DNA from: an uncultured virus (IMG/VR IMGVR_UViG_3300046462_000389)
Taxonomy: Duplodnaviria; Heunggongvirae; Uroviricota; Caudoviricetes
Direction: 5' to 3' (one strand)
DNA: 64,000 bases
IMG/VR virus record: IMGVR_UViG_3300046462_000389
The position numbers and the translations under genes were made by a program. The notes under the pieces are model-generated. The model saw nothing but the letters and a program-made list of their open reading frames with translations. It was not told where the DNA came from and did no database searches. Each line of letters starts with the position of its first letter. Position 1 is the first letter of the stretch. Positions 44,478-54,378 of this stretch are shown here, in pieces.

Positions 44478-46622
44478 ATGCCCGAGACCCAGAGCGCGTT
44501 CAAGAACGCAGCTGATGCCTACGGGTCGATGTCACCAGGTGAGGTGCAGGGAGAGGTCACCGAGAAGCTGAACTCAGGTCCTGCCCTGGGTGAGCTGGGT
44601 GCCACCGGCCTGAAGCGGTCTGGCGGTGTCATCGACGAGGAGTTCCTCCCCGCCCTGAAGGGCACCAAGGGCGTCCAGGTCTTCACCGAGATGAGCAAGA
44701 ACGACCCTGTCGTGGGTGCGTTGCTGTTCACCATCGAGAAGCTGCTGCGCCAGATTGACTGGAACGTGGTGGGTGCAGATCAGACCCCAGAGCAGCAGCA
44801 GGCGGTTGAGTTCGTCGAAGAGTGCATGTCGGACATGAGTCACTCCTGGGACGACCTGATCGCAGAAGTGCTCTCGATGCTGCCCTACGGCTGGTCCTGG
44901 CATGAGGTGGTCTACAAGAAGCGGATCGGCCCCTGGGAGACATCCCCCAAGCGCAAGTCGAAGTTCAGCGACGGGAAGATCGGCTGGCGAAAGATCAGCA
45001 TCAGAGCCCAGGAGACGCTGTTTCGCTGGGTCTTCGATGACGATGGCGGGATCAAGGGGATGGTGCAGATCCCACCACCCAGATACACCCAGGTCACCAT
45101 CCCGATCGAGAAGAGCCTGCTGTTCCGGGTAGGCACCCACAAGGGCAACCCTGAGGGCGTCTCCATCCTGCGTAACGCCTACCGACCCTGGTACTTCAAG
45201 AAGCGGCTGGAAGAGTTCGAGGCCATCGGTGTGGAGCGTGACCTGGCTGGTCTGCCCACCGCCAAGGTGCCCAGCAGGATGATGAAGCCGAACGCCACTC
45301 CTGACGATGCCAGGATGTTCAACGCGTTCAAGAAGCTGGTCTCCAACGTGCGCCGGGACGAGCACGAAGGCATCGTGATCCCCAGTGATGCCGACCCGGA
45401 CACCAAGCTGCCGCTGTATGAGTTCGAGCTGATGAGCTCTGGCGGCTCCAGGACGTTCGACACCAACGCGCTGATCGACCGCAACAGCCAGGCGATCCTG
45501 ATGACTGTGCTGGCCGACTTCATCATGGTCGGCCACCAAGACGGTGGCAGCTATGCGCTGCACGTGGACAAGACCGGCATCTTCCGGGCAGCGCTGAACA
45601 GCATCGCCCAGAGCATCGCTGACACCTTCAACCGCCATGCCATCCCCAGGCTGTTTGCCATCAACGGCTGGAAGCTCGACCAGCTGCCCACCCTGAAGCC
45701 TGGCAACGTCGATCCCCCGAACCTGACTGAGCTGGGTGGCTTCATGACCCAGATGGCTCAGCTCGGGATGACCTTCTTCCCCGATCCCGACCTGGAGAAG
45801 TTCCTGCGCGAGACTGCGCACCTGCCCGAGCTACCTGAAGAGGTCGAAGAGCAGCACCGCAGCATGGCCCAGCAGCAGAACGCCATGGACTTCATGCAGC
45901 AGAAGATGGCTCACCAGGGTGTGGCTGACCAGGAGCAGATGGTCCAGGACGGCCTGACGCCAGATCAGGCCCAGATCGAGAGCCAGTCTCCGCATCCTGA
46001 CGGCATCCAGGGCCAGGCTGCCAACCAGCAGATGGCCAACGAGCAGCAGATGGCTGACCAGAAGCTGCAGAACACCGCTCAGGAGGGTCAGCTCAAGGCT
46101 GCCCAGGGTGCTCAGCAGCTCCAGCTCGGTGCGGCTACGGGTCAGCAGAAGCTGCAGCAGAGCGACGCTGCCCACCAGCAGCAGATGTCGCAGACCGATG
46201 CCCAGAACCAGCTGGCCAACACCCAGACAGCCACCCAGGGTCAGCTGAGCGCACAGCAGAAGCAGGATGAGCTGCAGTTCACCCAGCTGATGAACCAGCT
46301 GCAGGCTGCCCACGATCAGCAGATGAAGGACATGGAGCTGCAGCAGGGACAAGCCAGCGGTCAGCAGCAGCTGAAGCAAGGTGCTGCCAGCAACGACCAG
46401 AAGCTCAAGTTCGGCAGACAGTCCCATGAGCAGGAACTGCGTCATTCCAGAGACTCCCACACTCAGGGGCTGAAGCAGTCCAGTGCCGAAGGTCGCCAGA
46501 AGATGTCCCAGGAGAAGGCCAGCCACGAGCAGAAGCTGAAGGACGCCAAGCGCGAGGCCAACTACAACAAGCTGCACGACGCCAAGAACGACAAGGACCG
46601 CCCATCCAAGTTCAAGAGATAG
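44478..46622 (+). CDS. Portal protein (DUF935-like) with long Gln-rich extension
   Basis: ELGATGL..DEEFL..GWSWHEVVYK..GNPEG.SILR.AY..ERD..G.P; probable leaderless start. Confidence 0.85.
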   Translation: MPETQSAFKNAADAYGSMSPGEVQGEVTEKLNSGPALGELGATGLKRSGGVIDEEFLPALKGTKGVQVFTEMSKNDPVVGALLFTIEKLLRQIDWNVVGADQTPEQQQAVEFVEECMSDMSHSWDDLIAEVLSMLPYGWSWHEVVYKKRIGPWETSPKRKSKFSDGKIGWRKISIRAQETLFRWVFDDDGGIKGMVQIPPPRYTQVTIPIEKSLLFRVGTHKGNPEGVSILRNAYRPWYFKKRLEEFEAIGVERDLAGLPTAKVPSRMMKPNATPDDARMFNAFKKLVSNVRRDEHEGIVIPSDADPDTKLPLYEFELMSSGGSRTFDTNALIDRNSQAILMTVLADFIMVGHQDGGSYALHVDKTGIFRAALNSIAQSIADTFNRHAIPRLFAINGWKLDQLPTLKPGNVDPPNLTELGGFMTQMAQLGMTFFPDPDLEKFLRETAHLPELPEEVEEQHRSMAQQQNAMDFMQQKMAHQGVADQEQMVQDGLTPDQAQIESQSPHPDGIQGQAANQQMANEQQMADQKLQNTAQEGQLKAAQGAQQLQLGAATGQQKLQQSDAAHQQQMSQTDAQNQLANTQTATQGQLSAQQKQDELQFTQLMNQLQAAHDQQMKDMELQQGQASGQQQLKQGAASNDQKLKFGRQSHEQELRHSRDSHTQGLKQSSAEGRQKMSQEKASHEQKLKDAKREANYNKLHDAKNDKDRPSKFKR

Positions 46623-46629
46623 GAAACCT

Positions 46630-47970
46630 GTGGGAACCTACTCAGACGCCGGGAAACAGCTCGATCAGGATCTGAGCGACATCTCGGGTCGGCTCACCTC
46701 GCTATCAGCAGCGATCACCGGTACCAACGATGCAGTCACCCAGCTGGCAGGATCGACCAAGCAGCTGGCTGATGCCATCATCACCCTGGATGCCCGGCTG
46801 AAGGTGCTGGAGAATGCCAAGCCAACAGATCCAGTGCCACCTGGAATCAGCTGTGCGCCACCCAACATGGCTGGTCCTGGTGCAGAGCCAACTGGAGCAA
46901 GCCTGACCTCAGCTGGTCAGCCCAGTGCCAGCATCACGCTGACCAAGAAGATGGACGCCTTTCCCGCCAACAACGGGCTGACCTTCGGCAAGGTGAACTT
47001 CAAGGATCCAGACTGCAACCGGCCTGGCAACTACCCGGTGTATGACTACTACCTGGGTGGCAAGCCGACCAGCCTGCAGGGCACCAGCGCTGATGACTCG
47101 ATCCTGGAGCTGCCAGCGAACAGCCTGAGCCAGGGCTACCGGAGCCTGGACACCATCAACACCCCGGACACCAACCCGTACTACATCGTCCGGACCGACA
47201 ACGCGAAGCTGATCCAGGACCTGACGGTGAAGGGCAACACCCAGGGCACCAGCCCGAAGAACGGCAAGCCCTACAGCTTCCACGGCTGGCAGCTGTACGG
47301 GACGACTGATCCCACGCTGCGCAGAGTTCGCTTCATCGACATCTCGGGGTCTGAGGGAGTACCGCCGAACGAGACCTTCGCGGTGTTCGGTTACAACATC
47401 ACTGGCACCTACACCGTCGAGGACTGTGAGTTCCTCGGCAAGACGCTGGAGGGTGCCTCAGCCATCAGCTGCATGGCCAAGGGCACGCTGAAGGTGATTC
47501 TGCGCCGGATCAAGGTCCAGAACTACCCGAACGGCTCTGGCTGGACCATCTTCAACACCACGATCAGCAGCTTCCTGGCCGAGGACTTCGCCACTGACAA
47601 CGCCATGAGTGGCCTGAACTTCGAGCAGCTGAATGTCAACGGCGGGGCCAAGGTGAACAACGCCGTGGACTCAGGTGTCGTGCTGAACAGGCTGGACATC
47701 AGAAATCCCAGTGGTCGGATCTCTGGCTACAGCCACATCAGTGTCGACAGCTCCCAGGCTGGTAGTGGGGTGAGCAACAGGTTCGACATCCATGACCCGA
47801 TCGGGATCACCGAGTCCAACAAGTTCGGGGTTTGCATCAGCAATGGCTACGGCTTCGCAAACGTGCCCAAGGGGCCGCAGGCTCAGCGTGGTGCAGACAT
47901 CCACCTCTGGATGGGTAACACTGAGCGGAACGATCTGCTGTGGTTTACCCGAACGAGCGGTGCTGCCTGA
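46630..47970 (+). CDS. Coiled-coil plus probable beta-helix (tailspike/depolymerase-like) protein
   Basis: N-terminal heptads, then IQDLTVKG, VEDCEF-type repeats. Confidence 0.55.
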   Translation: MGTYSDAGKQLDQDLSDISGRLTSLSAAITGTNDAVTQLAGSTKQLADAIITLDARLKVLENAKPTDPVPPGISCAPPNMAGPGAEPTGASLTSAGQPSASITLTKKMDAFPANNGLTFGKVNFKDPDCNRPGNYPVYDYYLGGKPTSLQGTSADDSILELPANSLSQGYRSLDTINTPDTNPYYIVRTDNAKLIQDLTVKGNTQGTSPKNGKPYSFHGWQLYGTTDPTLRRVRFIDISGSEGVPPNETFAVFGYNITGTYTVEDCEFLGKTLEGASAISCMAKGTLKVILRRIKVQNYPNGSGWTIFNTTISSFLAEDFATDNAMSGLNFEQLNVNGGAKVNNAVDSGVVLNRLDIRNPSGRISGYSHISVDSSQAGSGVSNRFDIHDPIGITESNKFGVCISNGYGFANVPKGPQAQRGADIHLWMGNTERNDLLWFTRTSGAA

Positions 47971-48734
47971 TGCCCCCTGAAGAGCACTATCTGTACGGCT
48001 ACGAGGCCTGGACCCGCTCTGGAAAGAACAGGGGCGAGGCATGGTCGCATACCAAGGTCACACCGCTGCGGGCACCGATACGATGTAGATGGCGTATCGG
48101 CCTAGTTAGCGCCAAGAAAAGTCAACCCCAGCCAGGGGCACCTGGCCAACCTGCCACTGGGCAAGAGGAGATCACCATGCAGTTGACTGCCGACCAGCAG
48201 GTCGAGCTGAGCATCACCGGTCAGGACGCCTACGGCAACTCCGTCGATGTATCCGGAGATACCGAGTGGCACAGTTCCGACGACTCCATCGTGAGTGTCC
48301 AGGGCAACGGCACGTCGGCCACGGCTACCGCTGTGGGTCCGGCAGGTACAGCGGCAGTCACCGTCAGCAATGACGTGGACCAGGACGGCACTGGCGACTT
48401 CCAGGGCAGCCTCGCCATCGACGTGGTCTCTGGCCGGATCGCTGAGATCCGCGTTCAGCAGGGTCAGGTCACCGACAAGCAGGGCAACCCGGTCGAGCAG
48501 CCTCCGGTCGTGGACAACACCCTCCCGACTGGTGGCGATGCCAATACCGGTGGCGACCATGTCGACAACACCCTGCCGACCGGTGGTGACGCCAACACTG
48601 GTGGTGACCATGTGGACAACACGCTGCCGAACCCGGACGACCAGCCGCACCCGGACATCAGTGGTCCTGGCGACCAGCCCGTCCCGGACGAGGGCAATCT
48701 GCCCTACGTGGACCCTCGGTCGCGCCGGAAGTAA
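47970..48734 (+). CDS. Ig-like domain protein with DNTLP repeats (second start at 48177)
   Basis: TGATG-coupled start and an internal GAGGAG-ATG; WHSSD..IVSV Ig motif. Confidence 0.65.
   Translation: MPPEEHYLYGYEAWTRSGKNRGEAWSHTKVTPLRAPIRCRWRIGLVSAKKSQPQPGAPGQPATGQEEITMQLTADQQVELSITGQDAYGNSVDVSGDTEWHSSDDSIVSVQGNGTSATATAVGPAGTAAVTVSNDVDQDGTGDFQGSLAIDVVSGRIAEIRVQQGQVTDKQGNPVEQPPVVDNTLPTGGDANTGGDHVDNTLPTGGDANTGGDHVDNTLPNPDDQPHPDISGPGDQPVPDEGNLPYVDPRSRRK
48510..48629 (+). repeat. 51-bp coding repeat
   Basis: VDNTLPTGGDANTGGDH x2 + VDNTLP with synonymous divergence. Confidence 0.85.
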
Positions 48735-48742
48735 GGAGAGAC

Positions 48743-49093
48743 ATGACAGAGTCGCAGAGAGCTACTGGCTCGCAGACAGCAGGTGAGGTCACCGAGCCCA
48801 AGCGGGTGGTAGCGACCAAGAACGACACCACTGACTACAAGCGCAAGGCCAAGAACCTGCCAGATGACGAGGTACTCGCTCAGAACATCGTGGAGACCGT
48901 CAAGCAGGTCGATGCTGCCGGTGAGCCGGTAGAAGATCCTGGTCAGCTGACCGAGGACTTTGCTGGTGACTACCAGCGTCGGGTGCAGCTGGGTGTGCCA
49001 GCGAACGAGCTGACCTATGAGGATGACGAGGACAGCGACGACGAGGGCAAGACCGGCTACAAGCCGGAAGATCAGGACAAGAACGAGAACTGA
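48743..49093 (+). CDS. Acidic hypothetical protein
   Basis: AAGGAG RBS. Confidence 0.7.
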   Translation: MTESQRATGSQTAGEVTEPKRVVATKNDTTDYKRKAKNLPDDEVLAQNIVETVKQVDAAGEPVEDPGQLTEDFAGDYQRRVQLGVPANELTYEDDEDSDDEGKTGYKPEDQDKNEN

Positions 49094-49111
49094 GTAGTGC
49101 GGTCACAGCCT

Positions 49112-49267
49112 GTGAGGGACGAAGAGCCTAGCGGACTGTGGCCGCATTATCTTTCCACCGCCTGTCTGCACGAGAACCACGCTCAGTGCCGTCTGCAGTG
49201 CAAGTACTGCGACGCCCACTGCCAGTGCTCGTGCCATCGAGACACCAGTCAGAAGAGCCGGGGGTAG
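49112..49267 (+). CDS. 51-aa Cys/His-rich peptide
   Basis: HYLSTACLHENHAQCRLQCKYCDAHCQCSCH; below the ORF track cut-off. Confidence 0.6.
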   Translation: MRDEEPSGLWPHYLSTACLHENHAQCRLQCKYCDAHCQCSCHRDTSQKSRG

Positions 49268-49272
49268 GGACC

Positions 49273-49518
49273 ATGGAGATGGTGCAGATGGCCTCCTACG
49301 AGTCTGATGGCAGGCACGCGGTCGACAAGGCCTTCAACCCGAACGTCATCAAGCTGCCTAAGGGCACGCTGCGCAAGGTCGCCTTCCACGGTGCCAAGAC
49401 GGCTCAAGACCCGTATCACGGGGTGTACCTGGCAGCCAAGAAGCTGAAGCCCAAGCACTTCAACAAGCTGCAGAAGCTGTACGCCTCCGCGATCGAGACC
49501 CAGCCCAACTTCTTCTAG
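49273..49518 (+). CDS. Small basic protein with a VDKA motif
   Basis: AGGGA before ATG; Lys-rich. Confidence 0.55.
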   Translation: MEMVQMASYESDGRHAVDKAFNPNVIKLPKGTLRKVAFHGAKTAQDPYHGVYLAAKKLKPKHFNKLQKLYASAIETQPNFF

Positions 49519-49523
49519 CACCA

Positions 49524-49567
49524 TTGTCAGGTCTTGACAGATCTATCAGGTCTGTTAGGTTGATGAC
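49524..49567 (+). promoter_or_regulatory. SigA-type leaderless promoter with direct repeats
   Basis: TTGACA-16-TAGGTT-6nt-GTG; four (T/C)TGTCAGGT-like repeats. Confidence 0.75.
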
Positions 49568-50026
49568 GTGCCTGACGGTAGCAAGAACCTGGACAACTGG
49601 ACGCTTGCCGAGATCAAGGAGTGGCTGTTCGAGCACGCCGAGAAGGGCACCGTCTGCCCGATCTGTGAGCGACCAGCCCGGATCTACAAGCGGTTGATCA
49701 CCTTCCGGATGGTGATGGCTCTGGTGAACCTGCTCCGTGAGGACGACTGGGTGCACCTGCCGACCAACGACGCGTCGAAGGAAGCTGCCCGACTGCGGTA
49801 CTGGGGAATGATCGAGGAGCAGTCCGAGGTGCGTCCTGACGGTGGCAAGCGTGGTGTCTGGCGGATCAGGCCCAGAGGCAGGCTGTTCCTGCAGGGTCAT
49901 CTCAGGGTGCAGAAGTACGCCCATGTCTTCGGCAGCAAGCTGTTGAAGTTCTCCGGTCCGCAAGTCAGCGTGTACGACTCGGTGAAGACCAAGAAGTTCG
50001 ATCTGAAGGAGCTGCTGGAGAGATGA
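49568..50026 (+). CDS. Zn ribbon plus winged-helix-like protein
   Basis: CPIC..LRYWGMIEE..GVWRI..GRLF. Confidence 0.7.
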   Translation: MPDGSKNLDNWTLAEIKEWLFEHAEKGTVCPICERPARIYKRLITFRMVMALVNLLREDDWVHLPTNDASKEAARLRYWGMIEEQSEVRPDGGKRGVWRIRPRGRLFLQGHLRVQKYAHVFGSKLLKFSGPQVSVYDSVKTKKFDLKELLER

Positions 50027-50262
50027 AGGAGGACGACTTCGAGAACGGCCCCACTCCTCCCTTCGAGAAGTTCCTGGAGCTGGAGGCCGAGGACGACAAC
50101 TTCTGGTGGCGGATCGGCTGCGGTCACCACATGAATCTCTTTGAGGATGCCACTGCCAGGATCGAGATCGCTCTGCAGCAGCACCATCCACACTGCACGA
50201 CCTGTGGAGTGGACAACTGCCAAACCCGGCGCATCCTGAGCACCCAGTACGGAGGCGAGTAG
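50023..50262 (+). CDS. Hypothetical protein
   Basis: ATGA overlap; WWRIGCGHHMNLF. Confidence 0.6.
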   Translation: MKEDDFENGPTPPFEKFLELEAEDDNFWWRIGCGHHMNLFEDATARIEIALQQHHPHCTTCGVDNCQTRRILSTQYGGE

Positions 50263-50466
50263 ATGACTGTCGCTGAGCTGATCGCGATCTTGTCCAAGGC
50301 CGACCCTCTGATGAAGGTGTTCATCTGGGACTGCTACGACGACGAGATGAGTGACCAGATCTACGTCACGGTGTCTGACTACTTCCCGCGTCACACCCTG
50401 GAAGTAGAGAAGGTCGTTCTGGTTTCCTCGTACGTGCCCTTCAACCGAGAGCAACAGCTGACATGA
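50263..50466 (+). CDS. Hypothetical protein
   Basis: MTVAELIAILSK.DP..V common phage N-terminus. Confidence 0.6.
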   Translation: MTVAELIAILSKADPLMKVFIWDCYDDEMSDQIYVTVSDYFPRHTLEVEKVVLVSSYVPFNREQQLT

Positions 50467-50651
50467 AGTGCGAGCTCTGCGGGAAAGAACTGCCGAAGGA
50501 ACATGCCTGGGCGAAGATCAGGGCACATTCAGACGGCTGGTTCTTCAGTAAGGACGGCACGGCCTGGTGCCCGGATCACAATCCTGAGTGGGTGGCCGAA
50601 TGGCGCGCCAAGCAGAAGACCAAGAAGACCACACCACACAGAGCCGAGTAG
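50463..50651 (+). CDS. Small Zn-finger protein
   Basis: CELC..GW..WCPDH. Confidence 0.6.
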   Translation: MKCELCGKELPKEHAWAKIRAHSDGWFFSKDGTAWCPDHNPEWVAEWRAKQKTKKTTPHRAE

Positions 50652-50706
50652 TCCTGCCATACTGACCCTGGGTGAGGGGGAGGAGACCACAGAGAAGGAG
50701 CATGGT

Positions 50707-52083
50707 GTGAAGTACCTCGCCTACGACGAGGACGGCGTACAGCGCCTCGTTGACCAGCCAGACGCTGCATCAGGAGCACCGGGAACGGTAGGTCCGGCAG
50801 GTCCGCAAGGACTGCCAGGTCCAGCAGGACCACAGGGTGTGCCGGGTCAGCAAGGCGTTCCTGGCCCTGCCGGTAAGGACGGTGCCAAGGGTGACCAGGG
50901 CATTCCTGGTGCTCAGGGCGTTCAGGGCATTCCTGGACCAGCTGGAGCTCCTGGAACCGGTGGCGGAGGTTCTGGCGTTGCCACCATCCAGCCAGGCTTC
51001 CGCTCCTTCGACTCACTCGGTAGTGACGACAACGCCAGAGTGACGGCGATGAACAACTACCACCAGAACCACGGTGGCAACCCGACCGATGCGATTGCCA
51101 TGCCCAGCCGGGTGATCAACCACAGCGTGCCGATCAAGCTGTTCTCTGGGATGACCATGGTTGGTCCTGTCCCGGCCCGAGAGTACGGGAGGCACACCAC
51201 GCTGGTCTGGTCAGGTGGATCTGGCAGCTCTCAGTTCATCTTCCCCTCCGAGGGACAGTCAGGTCAGGGTTATCCCAGCGATGGCTCACCTCGTGATGGC
51301 AGCTTCATCAACATCTTGTTCCAGGGTGGCTCCTCCACTCACTGCATCCAGTACTTCGACGTGCACACCAACGCCTACTCCGGTCACACCCTGTGGTACT
51401 GGCTGTTCCGAGACTGTGGCTGGCGCTACTTCCAGACCGTCTGGAACGGCTGGGGTGATGGTGTGGTGATCGATGGCATCCCGCACCTGCAGGCCATCAA
51501 CAAGACGGCATTCGCGGTCGGTGGCAGCGAGAACCGGCTGTTCGGTGGTGGCTACGGGCTGCAGGATGCCCAGCCGTCGAACTGGTCTGCTCCTGGCCAG
51601 CCGCAGCTGCACTGCCACTCCTCACGTCTCCTGGTCTCAGATGCGATGCTGTCCGCTCGGGGTGACTGCTACGGCCTGCTGATCGACTACGGCTACAACA
51701 TCTATGTCGATGGTCTGGCAGTAGATGCTCCTGACTCAGCTCCCCACTTCGGTGCGAGCATCAAGGTCACGGGCGGCAACAACATCACCCTGGACGGGAT
51801 CAGCCTCAAGGGCGGGATGCACAACCCGGGCGGAGCTACTGGTGGGCTCAACCGTGGAGTGATCGACATCTCTGGCGGCAGCAACATCGTGCTGTCCGGG
51901 ATCAACGCGCTGCGTCAGGGCACCAATGCCCCGTCCAGCACCCCGGTGGTCTACGTGGCGGCAGCTGCCAAGGGTGTGTTCATCCACAGCATCAACTGCT
52001 TCGGCTACGACGGCATCATCAAGGCCGAGCAGCCCTCCAATGTGTTCTGCTTGGACCCGAGACTGAAGGTTGTACAGGCATAG
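50707..52083 (+). CDS. Collagen-linked beta-helix (receptor-binding/depolymerase-like) protein
   Basis: AAGGAG RBS; GXY run then [20 protein letters not shown] repeats. Confidence 0.7.
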   Translation: MKYLAYDEDGVQRLVDQPDAASGAPGTVGPAGPQGLPGPAGPQGVPGQQGVPGPAGKDGAKGDQGIPGAQGVQGIPGPAGAPGTGGGGSGVATIQPGFRSFDSLGSDDNARVTAMNNYHQNHGGNPTDAIAMPSRVINHSVPIKLFSGMTMVGPVPAREYGRHTTLVWSGGSGSSQFIFPSEGQSGQGYPSDGSPRDGSFINILFQGGSSTHCIQYFDVHTNAYSGHTLWYWLFRDCGWRYFQTVWNGWGDGVVIDGIPHLQAINKTAFAVGGSENRLFGGGYGLQDAQPSNWSAPGQPQLHCHSSRLLVSDAMLSARGDCYGLLIDYGYNIYVDGLAVDAPDSAPHFGASIKVTGGNNITLDGISLKGGMHNPGGATGGLNRGVIDISGGSNIVLSGINALRQGTNAPSSTPVVYVAAAAKGVFIHSINCFGYDGIIKAEQPSNVFCLDPRLKVVQA

Positions 52084-52133
52084 TGCGGGCGTCGTCGTTC
52101 GTACTTGTAGTCACTATTAGTAGATAGGGACGA

Positions 52134-52337
52134 ATGAACGACGTACAGACGTACTCGGAGACGGTCGAGGTTCGCTGGATCGAGGAAGACCAGAACCTCG
52201 GCCAGCTGATTGGTCTGCTGGTCAACAAGGTGCTGGCCGAGAACGGTGCGAGGGACTACAACACTGTCTCGGTCAGGGCCAAGTCCAAGATCAAGGGAAA
52301 GGTGCTGTGTGAGGTGCGGGTGCTATGGCGAGGCTGA
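52134..52337 (+). CDS. Hypothetical protein
   Basis: GC3 codon usage. Confidence 0.55.
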   Translation: MNDVQTYSETVEVRWIEEDQNLGQLIGLLVNKVLAENGARDYNTVSVRAKSKIKGKVLCEVRVLWRG

Positions 52338-52546
52338 ATCTGTCCCAGAACGGCAATGACGAGCTGTGCCGGGTCTTCGAGGAGATCACCGGAGCTGACT
52401 CGACCAAGACCTTCCCCGACATCGGGATCGAGTTCAACGGTGATGTGCACATGCTGCGCTGGACCGGCTTCCAGGCCATTACCGAGGCTCAGGCAGAACA
52501 GCTGATCAAGGCCTTCCAGCAGTTCGAGGAGCTCGATCTCAGATGA
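52325..52546 (+). CDS. Hypothetical protein
   Basis: Overlapping start; converges on the minus-strand block. Confidence 0.55.
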   Translation: MARLNLSQNGNDELCRVFEEITGADSTKTFPDIGIEFNGDVHMLRWTGFQAITEAQAEQLIKAFQQFEELDLR

Positions 52547-52802
52547 GCGACTGAACCGCTGACAGCAACTGGGCGTCGGTGATGACTGAAGGATCAGCAC
52601 CAGGTTTTGGCTTGTCGGTGGCTATCGCGTAGGCGTAGGCATCACCGAAGTCGGGCTGTGAGGCCATCTTCCAGATGTGCTCAGCAGTCCAGGCACCAGG
52701 ATTGTCACCCTCGGTGCTCAGCGTCTCGCCCGCGTAGCAGGCTGTCACTCTGCCCTGGAAGTCGGTGTCCTGGGTCAGCAGGAACACGTCGTAGTAACCC
52801 AT
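52539..52802 (-). CDS. Small fibre-associated protein
   Basis: AAGGAG RBS; D.DFQGRV.AC..ITDAQLLSAVQ. Confidence 0.65.
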   Translation of the reverse strand: MGYYDVFLLTQDTDFQGRVTACYAGETLSTEGDNPGAWTAEHIWKMASQPDFGDAYAYAIATDKPKPGADPSVITDAQLLSAVQSLI

Positions 52803-52804
52803 CA

Positions 52805-53572
52805 CTACTCCTTGAGCCAAGTGAACGAGAGCCTGCACACCGACAACGCACCTGTGTTGTAGGTCGGGTTCCACTGGGTGACCGAACCGTCTGAGGAGGC
52901 CACACCAAGGCTCAGACCGGAACCGGCAGAGCTGCCAGCTGAGTAGACGGTGACAGCCGGGCGATAAGCAGATGGGATTCCACCGGCAGCGACGACTGGA
53001 CCATTGGTGTTCGATGCCAATGAGGTCATGCCGGACAGAGAGATGCTGACCCCGACCACACCGTTGACACAGCGCCAGCGACAGGTACCTGTCCCAGAGA
53101 CTGGAGTCAGGTTGGCCCAGCCGGTGTCGTCGTAGACAACTGAGCCAGGAGGCCCAGTAGGACCAGCTGGCCCGGTCAGCCCGGTTGGTCCAGTGGCACC
53201 TTGCGGACCGGTGTTACCGATCGGTCCCGTCAGACCGGTGGTGCCTTGTGGCCCGGTGTTACCGGTTGGGCCAGTCAGCCCAGTAGGCCCAGTTGGTCCA
53301 GCAGGTCCAATCGTGCCCTGCGGGCCAGTGTTGCCAGTTGGTCCGGTAGGCCCAGTGGAACCAGTCGGTCCCTTGATGTTGGCTCTGACCACCCAGCCAC
53401 CGGTCGTCTTCTCATAGACCTGGCCGGAGACCTGGTCCAGATACCAGTCACCAAGCGCTCCGAGACCAGCTGCCGGAGCTCCGTTACCCGACCACCAGGC
53501 TTCGGCCTGAGCTGTGCCACCACCAGTTGGTGGGATCAGAGCCTCGTCCAGCCCGTTGTCGATGAGCAGCAT
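52805..53572 (-). CDS. Collagen-like tail fibre protein
   Basis: G.GAP..GD.YLD..GQVY, long GPT run, DTGW..IP.AYRP tip domain. Confidence 0.8.
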   Translation of the reverse strand: MLLIDNGLDEALIPPTGGGTAQAEAWWSGNGAPAAGLGALGDWYLDQVSGQVYEKTTGGWVVRANIKGPTGSTGPTGPTGNTGPQGTIGPAGPTGPTGLTGPTGNTGPQGTTGLTGPIGNTGPQGATGPTGLTGPAGPTGPPGSVVYDDTGWANLTPVSGTGTCRWRCVNGVVGVSISLSGMTSLASNTNGPVVAAGGIPSAYRPAVTVYSAGSSAGSGLSLGVASSDGSVTQWNPTYNTGALSVCRLSFTWLKE

Positions 53573-53727
53573 CAGCGCTGGTTCGGGTCAGATCCGTCGT
53601 CGAAGTCCTCGGGCGGGTTGAGATCGGTCGGCACGTGTTCCTCGATGTCTTCCACAGTGAAGTCGTAGTCCTCGGTGGCTTCACCATCAACATCGGGATC
53701 GTCAACTTCTGGCTTCAGGCCGGACAT
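53572..53727 (-). CDS. 51-aa acidic peptide
   Basis: GGGGAG RBS, TGATG overlap with the next gene. Confidence 0.55.
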   Translation of the reverse strand: MSGLKPEVDDPDVDGEATEDYDFTVEDIEEHVPTDLNPPEDFDDGSDPNQR

Positions 53728-53736
53728 ATCTCTCCC

Positions 53737-54297
53737 CTAAGAGCTGGCCCACGACTTCAGGTCAGCACGCGAGCCGAAGGCTGCCTTGTTCTGGTCCATT
53801 GGTTTGTCAGTGTATTGCCAGAAGGTCCAGCCATCGATGTCTGGCGACGAGCCGTAGACAGCAAGCCAGAGGAAGTCACCTTTGGTCTTGTTGGAGTTGT
53901 TCCACATCGACCGGTTGACGTAGAGACCGACCTTGTTCCTGTTGCCGACCAGCTTGGCGACAGCCTTCATGAAGTTGTCCTTGTCGGCCTGGGACGGCAC
54001 TCCACCACCGGTCCCCTCCCAGTCACAGACCAGCAGGTCGCCGTCCTTCATCCCGGCGTTGCGGGCACAGGCGACGAACCAGTCAGCCTGCTTGGCTGGT
54101 GAGCCAGAGGCACTAGACGGCCACAGAAAATGGTAGAAACCGACAACCAGACCTGCATCCCGAGCAACTCGGACCAGCTTGGGAGCTTCCTTGGACTTCC
54201 AGCTCTGGCCTTCGGAGACCTTGACAAAGACGAAGTCATCACGGGCAGAGGGCACCCAGTACTTCTGGTAGTCCGATACATCTACACCGTGAACCAG
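53737..54297 (-). CDS. GH25 muramidase domain; start unresolved (read-through or CTG)
   Basis: HGVDVSDYQ, FVFVKVSEG, GFYHF, DWE, LWLA.Y, FWQY, DQN; DVS lies upstream of the first GTG. Confidence 0.85.
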   Translation of the reverse strand: MVHGVDVSDYQKYWVPSARDDFVFVKVSEGQSWKSKEAPKLVRVARDAGLVVGFYHFLWPSSASGSPAKQADWFVACARNAGMKDGDLLVCDWEGTGGGVPSQADKDNFMKAVAKLVGNRNKVGLYVNRSMWNNSNKTKGDFLWLAVYGSSPDIDGWTFWQYTDKPMDQNKAAFGSRADLKSWASS

Positions 54298-54378
54298 TCC
54301 CTGCTGGCTGGTTCCGTCGCTACGGCCCTGTCCGGCGATCTGACTGGTAGCAGCCGGGTCGCCCCCGCTGCTACCCCT

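Noticed and set aside
53150..53370. DNA tandem repeats in GC-rich stretches (also near 10000, 10500, 50790, 58400)
   Set aside because: Explained by collagen GXY coding
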